Assembly: GCA_964535935.1 (NCBI GenBank)
Contig: CAZHWM010000021.1
Location: 3,903-67,902, forward strand
Direction of reading: 5' to 3'
Length of the DNA stretch: 64,000 nt
DNA from: an uncultured Planctomycetales bacterium
GTDB lineage: Bacteria; Omnitrophota; Gorgyraeia; Zapsychrales; Zapsychraceae
Of the stretch, positions 46,849 to 55,328 are shown piece after piece. Every line of letters begins with the position of its first letter. The stretch's first letter is position 1. The notes under the pieces were generated by a model. That model searched no databases. It was not told the origin of the DNA and saw nothing but the letters and a program-made list of their open reading frames with translations. The position numbers and the translations under genes were made by a program.

Positions 46849-48660
46849 ATGAAAACACCATCTTTTTTTAGAAAGCTTAGTCATTTAATCCCACGTAGGA
46901 TATGGGTTCAGATATTTTTGCTATTAACAATATTTGTAGTTATTCCCTTGATTATTTTAGGATATTTGTTGATTCACACCAGTCAAAATGCCGTAAAATC
47001 TGCTGTTCTGCAGGATTATAAAGAGATTGTGTTTCACGCATCTAGAGAAGTGGAGGAACATTTTTCTAGTATCAAAAGGGCGTTTTTAATGACCGCCTCT
47101 ATATTAGGAACATTAAATATAAGTAAGTGGCAACAAGAATCAGTGTTGGTGGAGTTATCTTTGAGATATCCTATTTTTAAAAAGATCTCTGCATTTGGTA
47201 TTAATGGAGAAGAGATTTCTACTTCAGAGTTAGGTAAAAATTTTGAAGATATAGTTAACACAGAAGCCTTTAAGAACGCCTCTTCAGGTAAGTTTTTTGT
47301 CTCTGAGGTTAGATTGACTTCAGAGCATTTGCCAGTATTAACTATGGCAGCACCGTTACATAATATGGATGAAATTTTAGGAGTTCTTATTGCAGAGGTA
47401 GATTTAAGAGGAATATGGGATATAGTAGATAGTATAAAGATTGGTTTGAGTGGCCATGCATATTTGGTGGATTCAGATGGAAAAGTCATAGCAAGGCCTG
47501 ATAAAAAAAAGGTGTTATTAAATGGTAATTTTGTATATCCAGAAATTATGAGGTTGGTTCTAAAAGGAGAAATCGGTAGTCAGAAATATATAACATCGAC
47601 AGGAGAAAGTTTTTTGGTAGCATATGCTCCTATACATTCTCTTCATTGTGGGTTGGTTATTCTACACCCAGAGCGAGAGGCATATGCATTTCTTGAGATT
47701 ATGAAGATACAGTCATGGATACTTATATTATTAAGTGTCATAGCTGCTGTTGCTATAAGTTGGTTAATTTCTAGATTAATGAGCAGACCTATTTATACAT
47801 TTATAGAAGGGACTCATAGATTGGCACGAGGAGGATTTGACTATCCTTTTCGTATCCGACGTAGAGATGATATAGGCAGATTGTTATATTCTTTAAATAG
47901 GTTAGCTGTAAAGATGAGAAAAGATAGAGAGCTTGAAAAGATGTCTGCCATAGGTAAGGTGGCTACAGCAATAGCCCATGAATTGAAGAATTCTTTACTT
48001 TTAATAGAGACTTTTATTAGGTTGATACCAGAAAGACATAAAGATAAGGGATTTGTCAGAGAATTTTCAGAGATAGTCCCCAATGAACTCGATTCTTGGA
48101 ATACTATGCTTAGAAATATAGTTGAATATGGTTCGATGTACAAACTGTCTTTGACAGAAACTCATTTAAATTCTCTTATTCGTGACATTATTGCCTTATC
48201 TTCACAAAAGATAAGACAGGAAGGCATACATCTTAAGGTTACTATGCAGAAAGATATTCCTGTGATTATGGTAGATGTAGATAAATTAAAAAGGGCATTG
48301 CTAAATCTTTTGATTAATTCTATTGAAGCGGCAGGCAAAGAAGGGACTATTATTATAATAACCACGCGAACAAAATATGTGTCCGGGGAATACGCAGAGA
48401 TGAGGATAACTAATACAGGTGGGGGTATGAATATTAGTGATTTAAAAGAGATGTTTGAACCATTTTATAGTACCAAAAAAGATGGATTTGGTTTAGGGCT
48501 ATCTATTAGTAAAGAAATTATAGATCGACATGGTGGAGAGATAGATGCGGTTAGTGATATGGGGACAGTGACATTTATTGTTAGGATTCCTTCCAAATCA
48601 ACAATAGCTGGTATGTATAGGATGGTGAATAGAGAGTATAAACAGAAGAGGGATATGTAA
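46849..48660 (+). CDS. sensor histidine kinase with extracytoplasmic Cache-like domain and HAMP
   Basis: 603 aa. Two TM helices flank a ~250-aa periplasmic domain. HAMP-like segment, H-box AIAHELKNSL, N-box LLNLLINSIEA, G-box FGLGLSISK. Confidence 0.85.
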   Translation: MKTPSFFRKLSHLIPRRIWVQIFLLLTIFVVIPLIILGYLLIHTSQNAVKSAVLQDYKEIVFHASREVEEHFSSIKRAFLMTASILGTLNISKWQQESVLVELSLRYPIFKKISAFGINGEEISTSELGKNFEDIVNTEAFKNASSGKFFVSEVRLTSEHLPVLTMAAPLHNMDEILGVLIAEVDLRGIWDIVDSIKIGLSGHAYLVDSDGKVIARPDKKKVLLNGNFVYPEIMRLVLKGEIGSQKYITSTGESFLVAYAPIHSLHCGLVILHPEREAYAFLEIMKIQSWILILLSVIAAVAISWLISRLMSRPIYTFIEGTHRLARGGFDYPFRIRRRDDIGRLLYSLNRLAVKMRKDRELEKMSAIGKVATAIAHELKNSLLLIETFIRLIPERHKDKGFVREFSEIVPNELDSWNTMLRNIVEYGSMYKLSLTETHLNSLIRDIIALSSQKIRQEGIHLKVTMQKDIPVIMVDVDKLKRALLNLLINSIEAAGKEGTIIIITTRTKYVSGEYAEMRITNTGGGMNISDLKEMFEPFYSTKKDGFGLGLSISKEIIDRHGGEIDAVSDMGTVTFIVRIPSKSTIAGMYRMVNREYKQKRDM

Positions 48661-48674
48661 AGAGGAGAGATAAT

Positions 48675-49403
48675 ATGATATCAGACAGAATTGTAGTTAT
48701 AGACGATGATCCCCGTGTTATAAAAAGTATAAAATTGGTGTTAAGGAAATATGAGATAAAGGAATTTTTGGATAGTGAAAAGGCTTTGGCTTTTTTCAAA
48801 AAACCCAGAGATATAAAAATCGTTCTTTTAGATGTGATGATGCCGGGAATAGATGGACTTAGTCTACTTAGTGAGATAAAACGATATAATAAGGATATTT
48901 CTGTTATTATAATGACGGGCTATGGGACAAAAGAGATAATCTTAGATGCTTTACGCTCTCATGCAGATGATTTTATAGAGAAGCCGTTTAATTTTGAAGA
49001 TTTAATAGAACGAATAGACAGACTTTTACAGGAAAAACGATATTCTTTTAAGGAAAGAGAGGATGATAAAGGTAAAATTGATAAGATAAAAAGTTTTATT
49101 CGGAGAAACTATCAACAGGCAACGCTTGATATAATAGCAGAAGAGATGTGTATGAGTAGTAAATATTTAAGCAGGATGTTCAAAAGGAAAAATGGAGATA
49201 GTTTCAGGGATTTTAAGTTAAAAATCAAAATAGCAGAAGCAAAGGCTATGTTAAAGGATACGTCTTTTAATGTAAGTGAGATCGCATTAAAATTAGGCTA
49301 TAAAAATCCAGAATCTTTTATGCGTATCTTTAAACGTATTACAAATTGTACTCCTTTAGAATATCGTGCTAAAATTAGGGCAGAAGAGCATAACTCCTCA
49401 TAA
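48675..49403 (+). CDS. response regulator with AraC-type HTH output (YesN-like)
   Basis: 242 aa, RBS agaggagag. Receiver IVVIDDDP..VLLDVMMPGIDG..EKP. C-terminal AraC/XylS HTH (LGYKNPESFMRIFKRITNCTPLEYR). Confidence 0.9.
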   Translation: MISDRIVVIDDDPRVIKSIKLVLRKYEIKEFLDSEKALAFFKKPRDIKIVLLDVMMPGIDGLSLLSEIKRYNKDISVIIMTGYGTKEIILDALRSHADDFIEKPFNFEDLIERIDRLLQEKRYSFKEREDDKGKIDKIKSFIRRNYQQATLDIIAEEMCMSSKYLSRMFKRKNGDSFRDFKLKIKIAEAKAMLKDTSFNVSEIALKLGYKNPESFMRIFKRITNCTPLEYRAKIRAEEHNSS

Positions 49404-49581
49404 AATGGGATTTTAATTAGTAAGGTAGTATAAAGACAGAAAAAAGTCCTATAAAACCATTCCATTTTTATAAATTTTCCCCTATAAATATAAAATTAGC
49501 CATTGTTTAGATATTATTTTAATAATTTTATTATCTATTATTTATTATTATATTACTTTCTTCAGATCGTCGGAGGAAAGT

Positions 49582-50844
49582 ATGAAAGATTTTTGGTATA
49601 AACAGGAGGATTGTCGTTTGGATATGAGAAATTTTGAAAAAGATTATTCTGTTAAGAGTGTTAGAGAGATTCTTTCTGATTTACAGAAAGAGAAGGAAAG
49701 ATTTAGGCGTAGTGAGACATGGCGTAGGCATGTTTTAGATGCAGCAACGCAGTTTGCAATTATAGCTACATCTCCGGAAGGGGTTATCACTATTTTTAAT
49801 TCTGGGGCAGAGAAGATGTTAGGGTATTCAGCTTTGGAAGTGATAGGTAAACTTAGATTAGAAGATCTCCATGTTGAAGATGAGCTTTTATCGTATGGAA
49901 GAGAATTGAGTAGAGAATTTGGTTATGAGATAAGAGGTTTTGCTGTTTTAACTATAAAACCGCAATGTGAAGGATATGAAGAGAGGGAGTGGACATATGT
50001 AAGGAAGGATGGTAGTCACTTACCAGTCAATTTGATTGTGACAGTAGTACGTAGTGATGCGGGAGAGATTATTGGGTTTTTGTCTGTTGCACAGGATATC
50101 TCAAGGCGAAAAAAGGCGGAGCAGAGACAGATAGAGTTACAGGAGGAATTATTGCGTTCAGAAAAACAACTAACATTAGGTCGCCTTGCTGCAGGGATGG
50201 CACATGAGATAAATAATCCGGCTGCAGCGATTAAGAGTGATTTAAGTATGTTATGGAAACTTGTATCTGCTTTACCAGAATCTCCTCAAAAACAGAAAAT
50301 GCTTAATATTATTGAGCGTGATAGAGAAGCTATCTCCCGTATAGAAAGTATAGTTATAGCAGTAAAAGGTGCGTATCGCCCAGAACAGTGGCATTTTGTG
50401 GATATTAACAAAGAGATAGACCTGCAATTAACTATTTTACATCGTCTATATAAGGGGCGAATAGAAATTGTTAAACAATATGATAATTTACCTCAAATTA
50501 AGGTATATGGCAGCGAAATAGGACAGGCAATATTGAATCTTTTGACTAATGCTATAGAGGCAATAGAAGATGAAGGGAGAATAACTATTACTACTAAAAA
50601 TATGTTAGATAAAATAACAATAGATATAGCTGATACAGGTACAGGGATATCAGAAGATATTCTTCCTCATATATTTGAATCATTTTATACCACAAAAGGG
50701 AAGAGTAAAGGAACAGGTTTAGGACTTTCTATGTCAGCACAGATAGCTAGGCGGCATAAAGGGAGACTATATATATCAAAGAATATTGTTGGTAGGGGGG
50801 CGACTTTTACATTAGAAATATCCAAGGATGCGGAAAATGGATAA
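49582..50844 (+). CDS. cytoplasmic PAS-domain sensor histidine kinase
   Basis: 420 aa, RBS ggagga. PAS region, H-box GMAHEINNPAAAI, N-box LNLLTNAIEA, G-boxes DTGTGI and GTGLGLSMS. Confidence 0.85.
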   Translation: MKDFWYKQEDCRLDMRNFEKDYSVKSVREILSDLQKEKERFRRSETWRRHVLDAATQFAIIATSPEGVITIFNSGAEKMLGYSALEVIGKLRLEDLHVEDELLSYGRELSREFGYEIRGFAVLTIKPQCEGYEEREWTYVRKDGSHLPVNLIVTVVRSDAGEIIGFLSVAQDISRRKKAEQRQIELQEELLRSEKQLTLGRLAAGMAHEINNPAAAIKSDLSMLWKLVSALPESPQKQKMLNIIERDREAISRIESIVIAVKGAYRPEQWHFVDINKEIDLQLTILHRLYKGRIEIVKQYDNLPQIKVYGSEIGQAILNLLTNAIEAIEDEGRITITTKNMLDKITIDIADTGTGISEDILPHIFESFYTTKGKSKGTGLGLSMSAQIARRHKGRLYISKNIVGRGATFTLEISKDAENG

Positions 50845-52588
50845 ATATTCTATCTTAGTTGTAGATGATGATGAGGCAGTAGCAGATTCATTAAGGGATT
50901 CCTTAGAGATGTTGGATATATATAAGGCTACTGTTGTAAATAGTGGTAAGGAAGGAATAGAAGAGGCAAAAAAGAATAGATTTGATGCCTTCTTAGTGGA
51001 TCAAAAGATGCCAGGTATGGCAGGAGTAGAATTTATATCTGAATTGGTAAAGATAATAGATGATCCTCTCATTTATATTATTACGGCAGAAGATGACGGA
51101 GTTGCTCTTGCTGAAGCGGAAAAAGAAGATGAGAGAAGATTGCCTATAAAGAGATATGTGCCCAAACCATGGCCCCCAGGGCTTTTTTCTGTAGATCTAA
51201 GAGAAGATTTGCGAGAGCGTGATTTAAAAAGGAATATGCTTGAACAGATAGAAAAATATTCTTCAGAACAGAAACAGGTTCAACATGCCTTGGATGAGGC
51301 AAATACCAAACTAAAAGAACAGCAGATAGAATCAAAGAGGTTGTTACAAAAGACAGCTAAGAGATATAAGCTTTTAGCAGAGGTATCTCCTGTAGGTATA
51401 TTTTATACTGATGCTGACGGTAGTTGTATTTATGTAAATAAGAGATGGCGAGAGATTACAGGGATTATTCCACGTATGGCATTAGGAGAAAAATGGACTA
51501 AGTGGCTACATCCAGAGGATAGAAAGAGAGTAGAAGAAGAATGGAACAGATGTTTGAGAGAAGGGATTTCTTTTAAGATGGAATTTAGGTTTCAGTCTTC
51601 AGAGGGAAGGGAAAGATGGGTGTTAGGGCAGACAAAGGCGGATTTTGGTAGTAATAAAGTTATATTGGGGCATGTTGGGACTATTACAGATATTACTGAT
51701 AGGAAGAAAGCAGAAGAGGCCCTTTGTAGATATAGTGAAAATTTAGAGGAGTTGGTAGCAGAACGTACAAAAGAGGCATATGAAGCTAAAATAAAGGCAG
51801 AAAAGGCCAATCAGGCTAAGACAGAATTTTTGGCTAATATGGGACATGAATTAAGGACGCCTATGCATGGGATACTGAGTTTTTCAAAATTTGGTTTAGA
51901 GAAGAGTAAATCAGAAGGATTGGAGGTTTTACATCGTTATTTTAAAGAAATACATGAGAGTGGACAAAGGTTGCTTTCTTTATTAAACGATTTGCTTGAT
52001 TCTGAAAAGTTAGAGGCAGGTAAGGTTAAATATGAATTTAAGGAACATGATTTAATTAATGTAATCAAAAACGTTGTATCAGAATTCAGTACCTTGTTGA
52101 AAGAAAAGAATATTAATATTAAGTTAGATCTACCTAATAAAAAATGTATTGCAGTGATAGATAAGATTAGAATGATGCAGGTTGTAAGGAATTTATTGTC
52201 TAATGCTGTCAAGTTTTCCTTAGATGGAGGAGAGGTTGTAATTACGTTAAAAGATAAAGGTGGCATTTTTATATTGTCTATAGCTGATAGAGGTATAGGA
52301 ATTCCAGAGAATGAGTTAAATCAGATATTTGACAAATTTGTTCAGAGTAGTAGTTCTAGGACAGGTGCAGGTGGTACAGGGTTGGGACTTTCTATATGTC
52401 GACAGATAGTCTGGGCGCATTATGGAGAGATTTGGGCAGAGAATAGATATGGTGGGGGAGCGATATTTTATGTAGTTATTCCTAACAATCGTTCTGGGAG
52501 GAAAAAGTTGGGACAGTTGTTGGTGGAAAACGGTATTATAACACATCAGCAGTTAGCGGAATTTTTGAAAAAGCAAAGAGAAGATTAG
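50828..52588 (+). CDS. receiver-PAS-histidine kinase hybrid with C-terminal MshEN-like tail
   Basis: 586 aa (ATG 50837 is an alternative start). N-terminal receiver ILVVDDDE..FLVDQKMPGMAG..PKP, coiled coil, PAS. H-box GHELRTPMHGI, N-box NLLSNAVKFS, G-box GGTGLGLSICR. Then a 28-aa tail KKLGQLLVENGIITHQQLAEFLKKQRED. Confidence 0.85.
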   Translation: MRKMDKYSILVVDDDEAVADSLRDSLEMLDIYKATVVNSGKEGIEEAKKNRFDAFLVDQKMPGMAGVEFISELVKIIDDPLIYIITAEDDGVALAEAEKEDERRLPIKRYVPKPWPPGLFSVDLREDLRERDLKRNMLEQIEKYSSEQKQVQHALDEANTKLKEQQIESKRLLQKTAKRYKLLAEVSPVGIFYTDADGSCIYVNKRWREITGIIPRMALGEKWTKWLHPEDRKRVEEEWNRCLREGISFKMEFRFQSSEGRERWVLGQTKADFGSNKVILGHVGTITDITDRKKAEEALCRYSENLEELVAERTKEAYEAKIKAEKANQAKTEFLANMGHELRTPMHGILSFSKFGLEKSKSEGLEVLHRYFKEIHESGQRLLSLLNDLLDSEKLEAGKVKYEFKEHDLINVIKNVVSEFSTLLKEKNINIKLDLPNKKCIAVIDKIRMMQVVRNLLSNAVKFSLDGGEVVITLKDKGGIFILSIADRGIGIPENELNQIFDKFVQSSSSRTGAGGTGLGLSICRQIVWAHYGEIWAENRYGGGAIFYVVIPNNRSGRKKLGQLLVENGIITHQQLAEFLKKQRED

Positions 52589-52621
52589 GAAGATATTTTT
52601 TAAGAGAATGGGAGTAAAGAA

Positions 52622-53713
52622 ATGACAAAATTAGATAGAATGCTTGTGGTAGATGATGACCGAACTAATATAGAGGTGTTGAAAGAGATATTTTGTAATC
52701 GGTTTAATCTTTTAGTGGCTAGATCAGGAGAGGATGCTGTGACCATTGCTAAGGAATGGATTCCGGATATTATTTTATTAGATATCATGATGCCGGGTAT
52801 AGATGGATACGAAACGTGTCGCAGAATGAGGGCAATAGAAGGGTTAAAGTATTCTAAGATAATACTTGTTTCAGCAAAAGGGATGTTAGAGGATAGATTG
52901 AAGGGATATAAGGTAGGTGCTGATGATTATATAATGAAGCCGTTTGATGATGAAGAAATAAAGGCCAAAATAGAGGTGTATTCTCATTTAAAACATATAG
53001 AAGAAGTGAATAGATTGAAGAACGATCTGCTTATGCTTTTTTCCCATGAGACTTGTACACCACTTAATACTATTTTAGGTTTTTCTGAATTGTTAAAAAA
53101 ACGAAAGGAAGATCCTCAGGCATCAGAAAGATGTATGAAGTGTGTTGAGTGGGCACATATGATAGAAGAATCAGGAAAGGATTTATTAACATTTGTTAAG
53201 AAGACATTATTTTTGTGTGATTTGCAAAAAGGATATGAACTTTCTATTGAGCCTTGTTCTATGTCTGATATAATAACAGATGCAGTTGCAGATGCTAGGA
53301 GTAATAGTTTTAATACAGAGGTGTCTATTATATTCGTTAATAAGATTAGCAGGAAGATTTATTTAGATTCGAATCTATTTTGCAGGGCGATTTCTTATGT
53401 TATAGCGAATGCTATAAAGTTTTCTCCGGAAGGTGCTACAGTCTCTATTTTTTCTGAGGTTAAAAATGATAGATGTATTGTAAGTATTTCAGATCAAGGA
53501 GAAGGAATAAACGATGAAGATAAAGATAGAATATTTGAGTCGTTTTCTGTTCAGGATGTATGTAGACATTCGAAAGGACAAGGATTAAGCCTTGCTATAG
53601 CCAGAAGAATAGCACGGTTGCATGGGGGAGAGCTTTCTGTGCATAATAATGAAGAAAAAGGCGCGTGTTTTATATTTGATATTCCATTAAAGATATCATC
53701 AGGGAGTAATTAG
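52622..53713 (+). CDS. receiver-histidine kinase fusion protein
   Basis: 363 aa, RBS gggag. Receiver MLVVDDDR..ILLDIMMPGIDG..MKP. H-box-like FSHETCTPLNTILGF. ATPase region SDQGEGI and GQGLSLAIARR. Confidence 0.8.
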   Translation: MTKLDRMLVVDDDRTNIEVLKEIFCNRFNLLVARSGEDAVTIAKEWIPDIILLDIMMPGIDGYETCRRMRAIEGLKYSKIILVSAKGMLEDRLKGYKVGADDYIMKPFDDEEIKAKIEVYSHLKHIEEVNRLKNDLLMLFSHETCTPLNTILGFSELLKKRKEDPQASERCMKCVEWAHMIEESGKDLLTFVKKTLFLCDLQKGYELSIEPCSMSDIITDAVADARSNSFNTEVSIIFVNKISRKIYLDSNLFCRAISYVIANAIKFSPEGATVSIFSEVKNDRCIVSISDQGEGINDEDKDRIFESFSVQDVCRHSKGQGLSLAIARRIARLHGGELSVHNNEEKGACFIFDIPLKISSGSN

Positions 53714-53795
53714 TGGTGTAAATGTGGGAGAGTAAGGATATGGCGGTAGGAAGGATATCTTTAATAAAGTCTTTTTAAGAAAGGAGGGACGATAT

Positions 53796-53960
53796 ATGAA
53801 GAAATATAAATGTCCTGTTTGTTCTTATATATATGATCCAAAAGTAGGCGATCCAGATTCTGGTATAAAGGCAGGTGTGGCATTTGAAGATATCCCTGAT
53901 GATTGGGTATGTCCTGAATGTGGGGCATCAAAAAGCGAATTTGAACTTATAGAAGAATAA
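53796..53960 (+). CDS. rubredoxin
   Basis: Not in the ORF track (54 aa). RBS aaggaggg lies 8 nt upstream. It translates as [54 protein letters not shown], with the two CxxC knuckles (CPVC, CPEC) and the classic rubredoxin consensus. Confidence 0.9.
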   Translation: MKKYKCPVCSYIYDPKVGDPDSGIKAGVAFEDIPDDWVCPECGASKSEFELIEE

Positions 53961-53964
53961 ATTT

Positions 53965-55146
53965 TTATTTTCGATAAACATATGTGAGAGAACTATTAGT
54001 TTTGATGTGATTAACATTTATGTTTGTTGTCGGTCTTTGGAGGAGATAACCTTGTCCTGCGTCTACGTGAGAATTAATTACTGTTTGCAATTCTTTTTTT
54101 GTCTCTATCCCTTCAGCGATACATAATATATTATTTTCTTTACAAAAAGCTACTAAGAATTTGATAAGACTTTTTTTATATATATTTTTGTTGCTTTCTG
54201 CGATGATATGCCGGTCTATTTTTATCATTTCAGGCATGATTTCTACAATAGAATCTAAACTTGCATACCCTCCTCCTACATCATCAATAGCAAATTTAAA
54301 CCCTAGATTTCTATATCTCTTTAATTTGTTGTAGAATAAATCAAAATCTTTTACCGCAGAACGTTCAGTTATTTCAAGAACAGTATTCTCTATAGGTATA
54401 TTAGTGGTGTTAAATATTTCTTTGATTTCCTCAAGAGATGTTCCTTCAATAAGATATGGATCGCAATTAAGGAATAAAGTTTTATCTCGGAGGTTTTTGG
54501 AGGCATATCTTAATGCCTTTTTCCATGATGTTATTTCTAGTTCATGATAGAAACCCAATCGTAAGGCTAACTTAAATAATAATTCAGGGTTTGATAATTT
54601 AGTTGATGTAGGTCTGCTTAATACTTCTAATCCTATCCATTCAAATGTTTTCAGGTTAAATATAGGCTGGAAAAAAGGGGTGATCAACTCTTGATCGACA
54701 ATTCTTCTTATTTCAGATACCAAGTGTTCATTATTTGTATGGAGATAAGGGGTTCTATATGTTTGACTACGCCGTATAACCGCCTCCATTCTTGCTATAA
54801 GTTCTTCACATTCAAAAGGTTTAGTAATGTAATCATCTGCGCCAAGGTATAATCCTTCAATTATATCTTCAGATAACGCCCTAGCACTAAGTATGATGAT
54901 TGGGATATGTGAACTTTTGTCACTATTTTTTAATTTTTTGCATAATTTGAAACCGTCAGTATCTGGTAATGAAATATCTAATAAAATAAGGTCTATTTGT
55001 GTAGATATTTGTTTACTAGCTTCTCTTCCTGAATATGCAAAATCCACTTCATATCCTCTAGTTGATAGTAACATACGTAATGTATTTACCAAGGATATAT
55101 TATCTTCTATTAAAAGTATTTTTTTATTCGAAGTAGACTTTCTCAT
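53965..55146 (-). CDS. response regulator with EAL-domain c-di-GMP phosphodiesterase output
   Basis: 393 aa. Receiver ILLIEDN..ILLDISLPDTDG..TKP. EAL-domain blocks FQPIF, LEITERSAV, FAIDDVGGGYASL, IKIDRHII, CIAEGIETKKE and GQGYLLQRP. Confidence 0.9.
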   Translation of the reverse strand: MRKSTSNKKILLIEDNISLVNTLRMLLSTRGYEVDFAYSGREASKQISTQIDLILLDISLPDTDGFKLCKKLKNSDKSSHIPIIILSARALSEDIIEGLYLGADDYITKPFECEELIARMEAVIRRSQTYRTPYLHTNNEHLVSEIRRIVDQELITPFFQPIFNLKTFEWIGLEVLSRPTSTKLSNPELLFKLALRLGFYHELEITSWKKALRYASKNLRDKTLFLNCDPYLIEGTSLEEIKEIFNTTNIPIENTVLEITERSAVKDFDLFYNKLKRYRNLGFKFAIDDVGGGYASLDSIVEIMPEMIKIDRHIIAESNKNIYKKSLIKFLVAFCKENNILCIAEGIETKKELQTVINSHVDAGQGYLLQRPTTNINVNHIKTNSSLTYVYRK

Positions 55147-55252
55147 TTTTATAGAAAAGTTTTATCAGATCTATTATAAATATAACATATTTTTTATATA
55201 ATTCACACTTCGATATAATTAGTATGTATTGTTTAGGAAAAATTTATTTAGA

Positions 55253-55281
55253 TTGACTATAAGATATCTTTAGAGTATATT
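55253..55281 (+). promoter_or_regulatory. candidate sigma70-type promoter for the glycosyltransferase gene
   Basis: TTGACT (55253-55258), 17-nt spacer, TATATT (55276-55281). It lies ~47 nt upstream of ATG 55329 in the divergent intergenic region. Confidence 0.3.
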
Positions 55282-55328
55282 TTGATAAAGTTGTTTAGGC
55301 TTATAAAAGGATATAAGGGGGATATTAT

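Noticed and set aside
49404-49581. Repeated CCTATAAA octamers about 35 nt apart in the gap after the AraC-type regulator gene. They could be an AraC-family operator.
   Set aside because: They are short AT-rich words that recur easily by chance in this composition, and no extended direct-repeat half-sites are visible. This is too weak to report as a feature.
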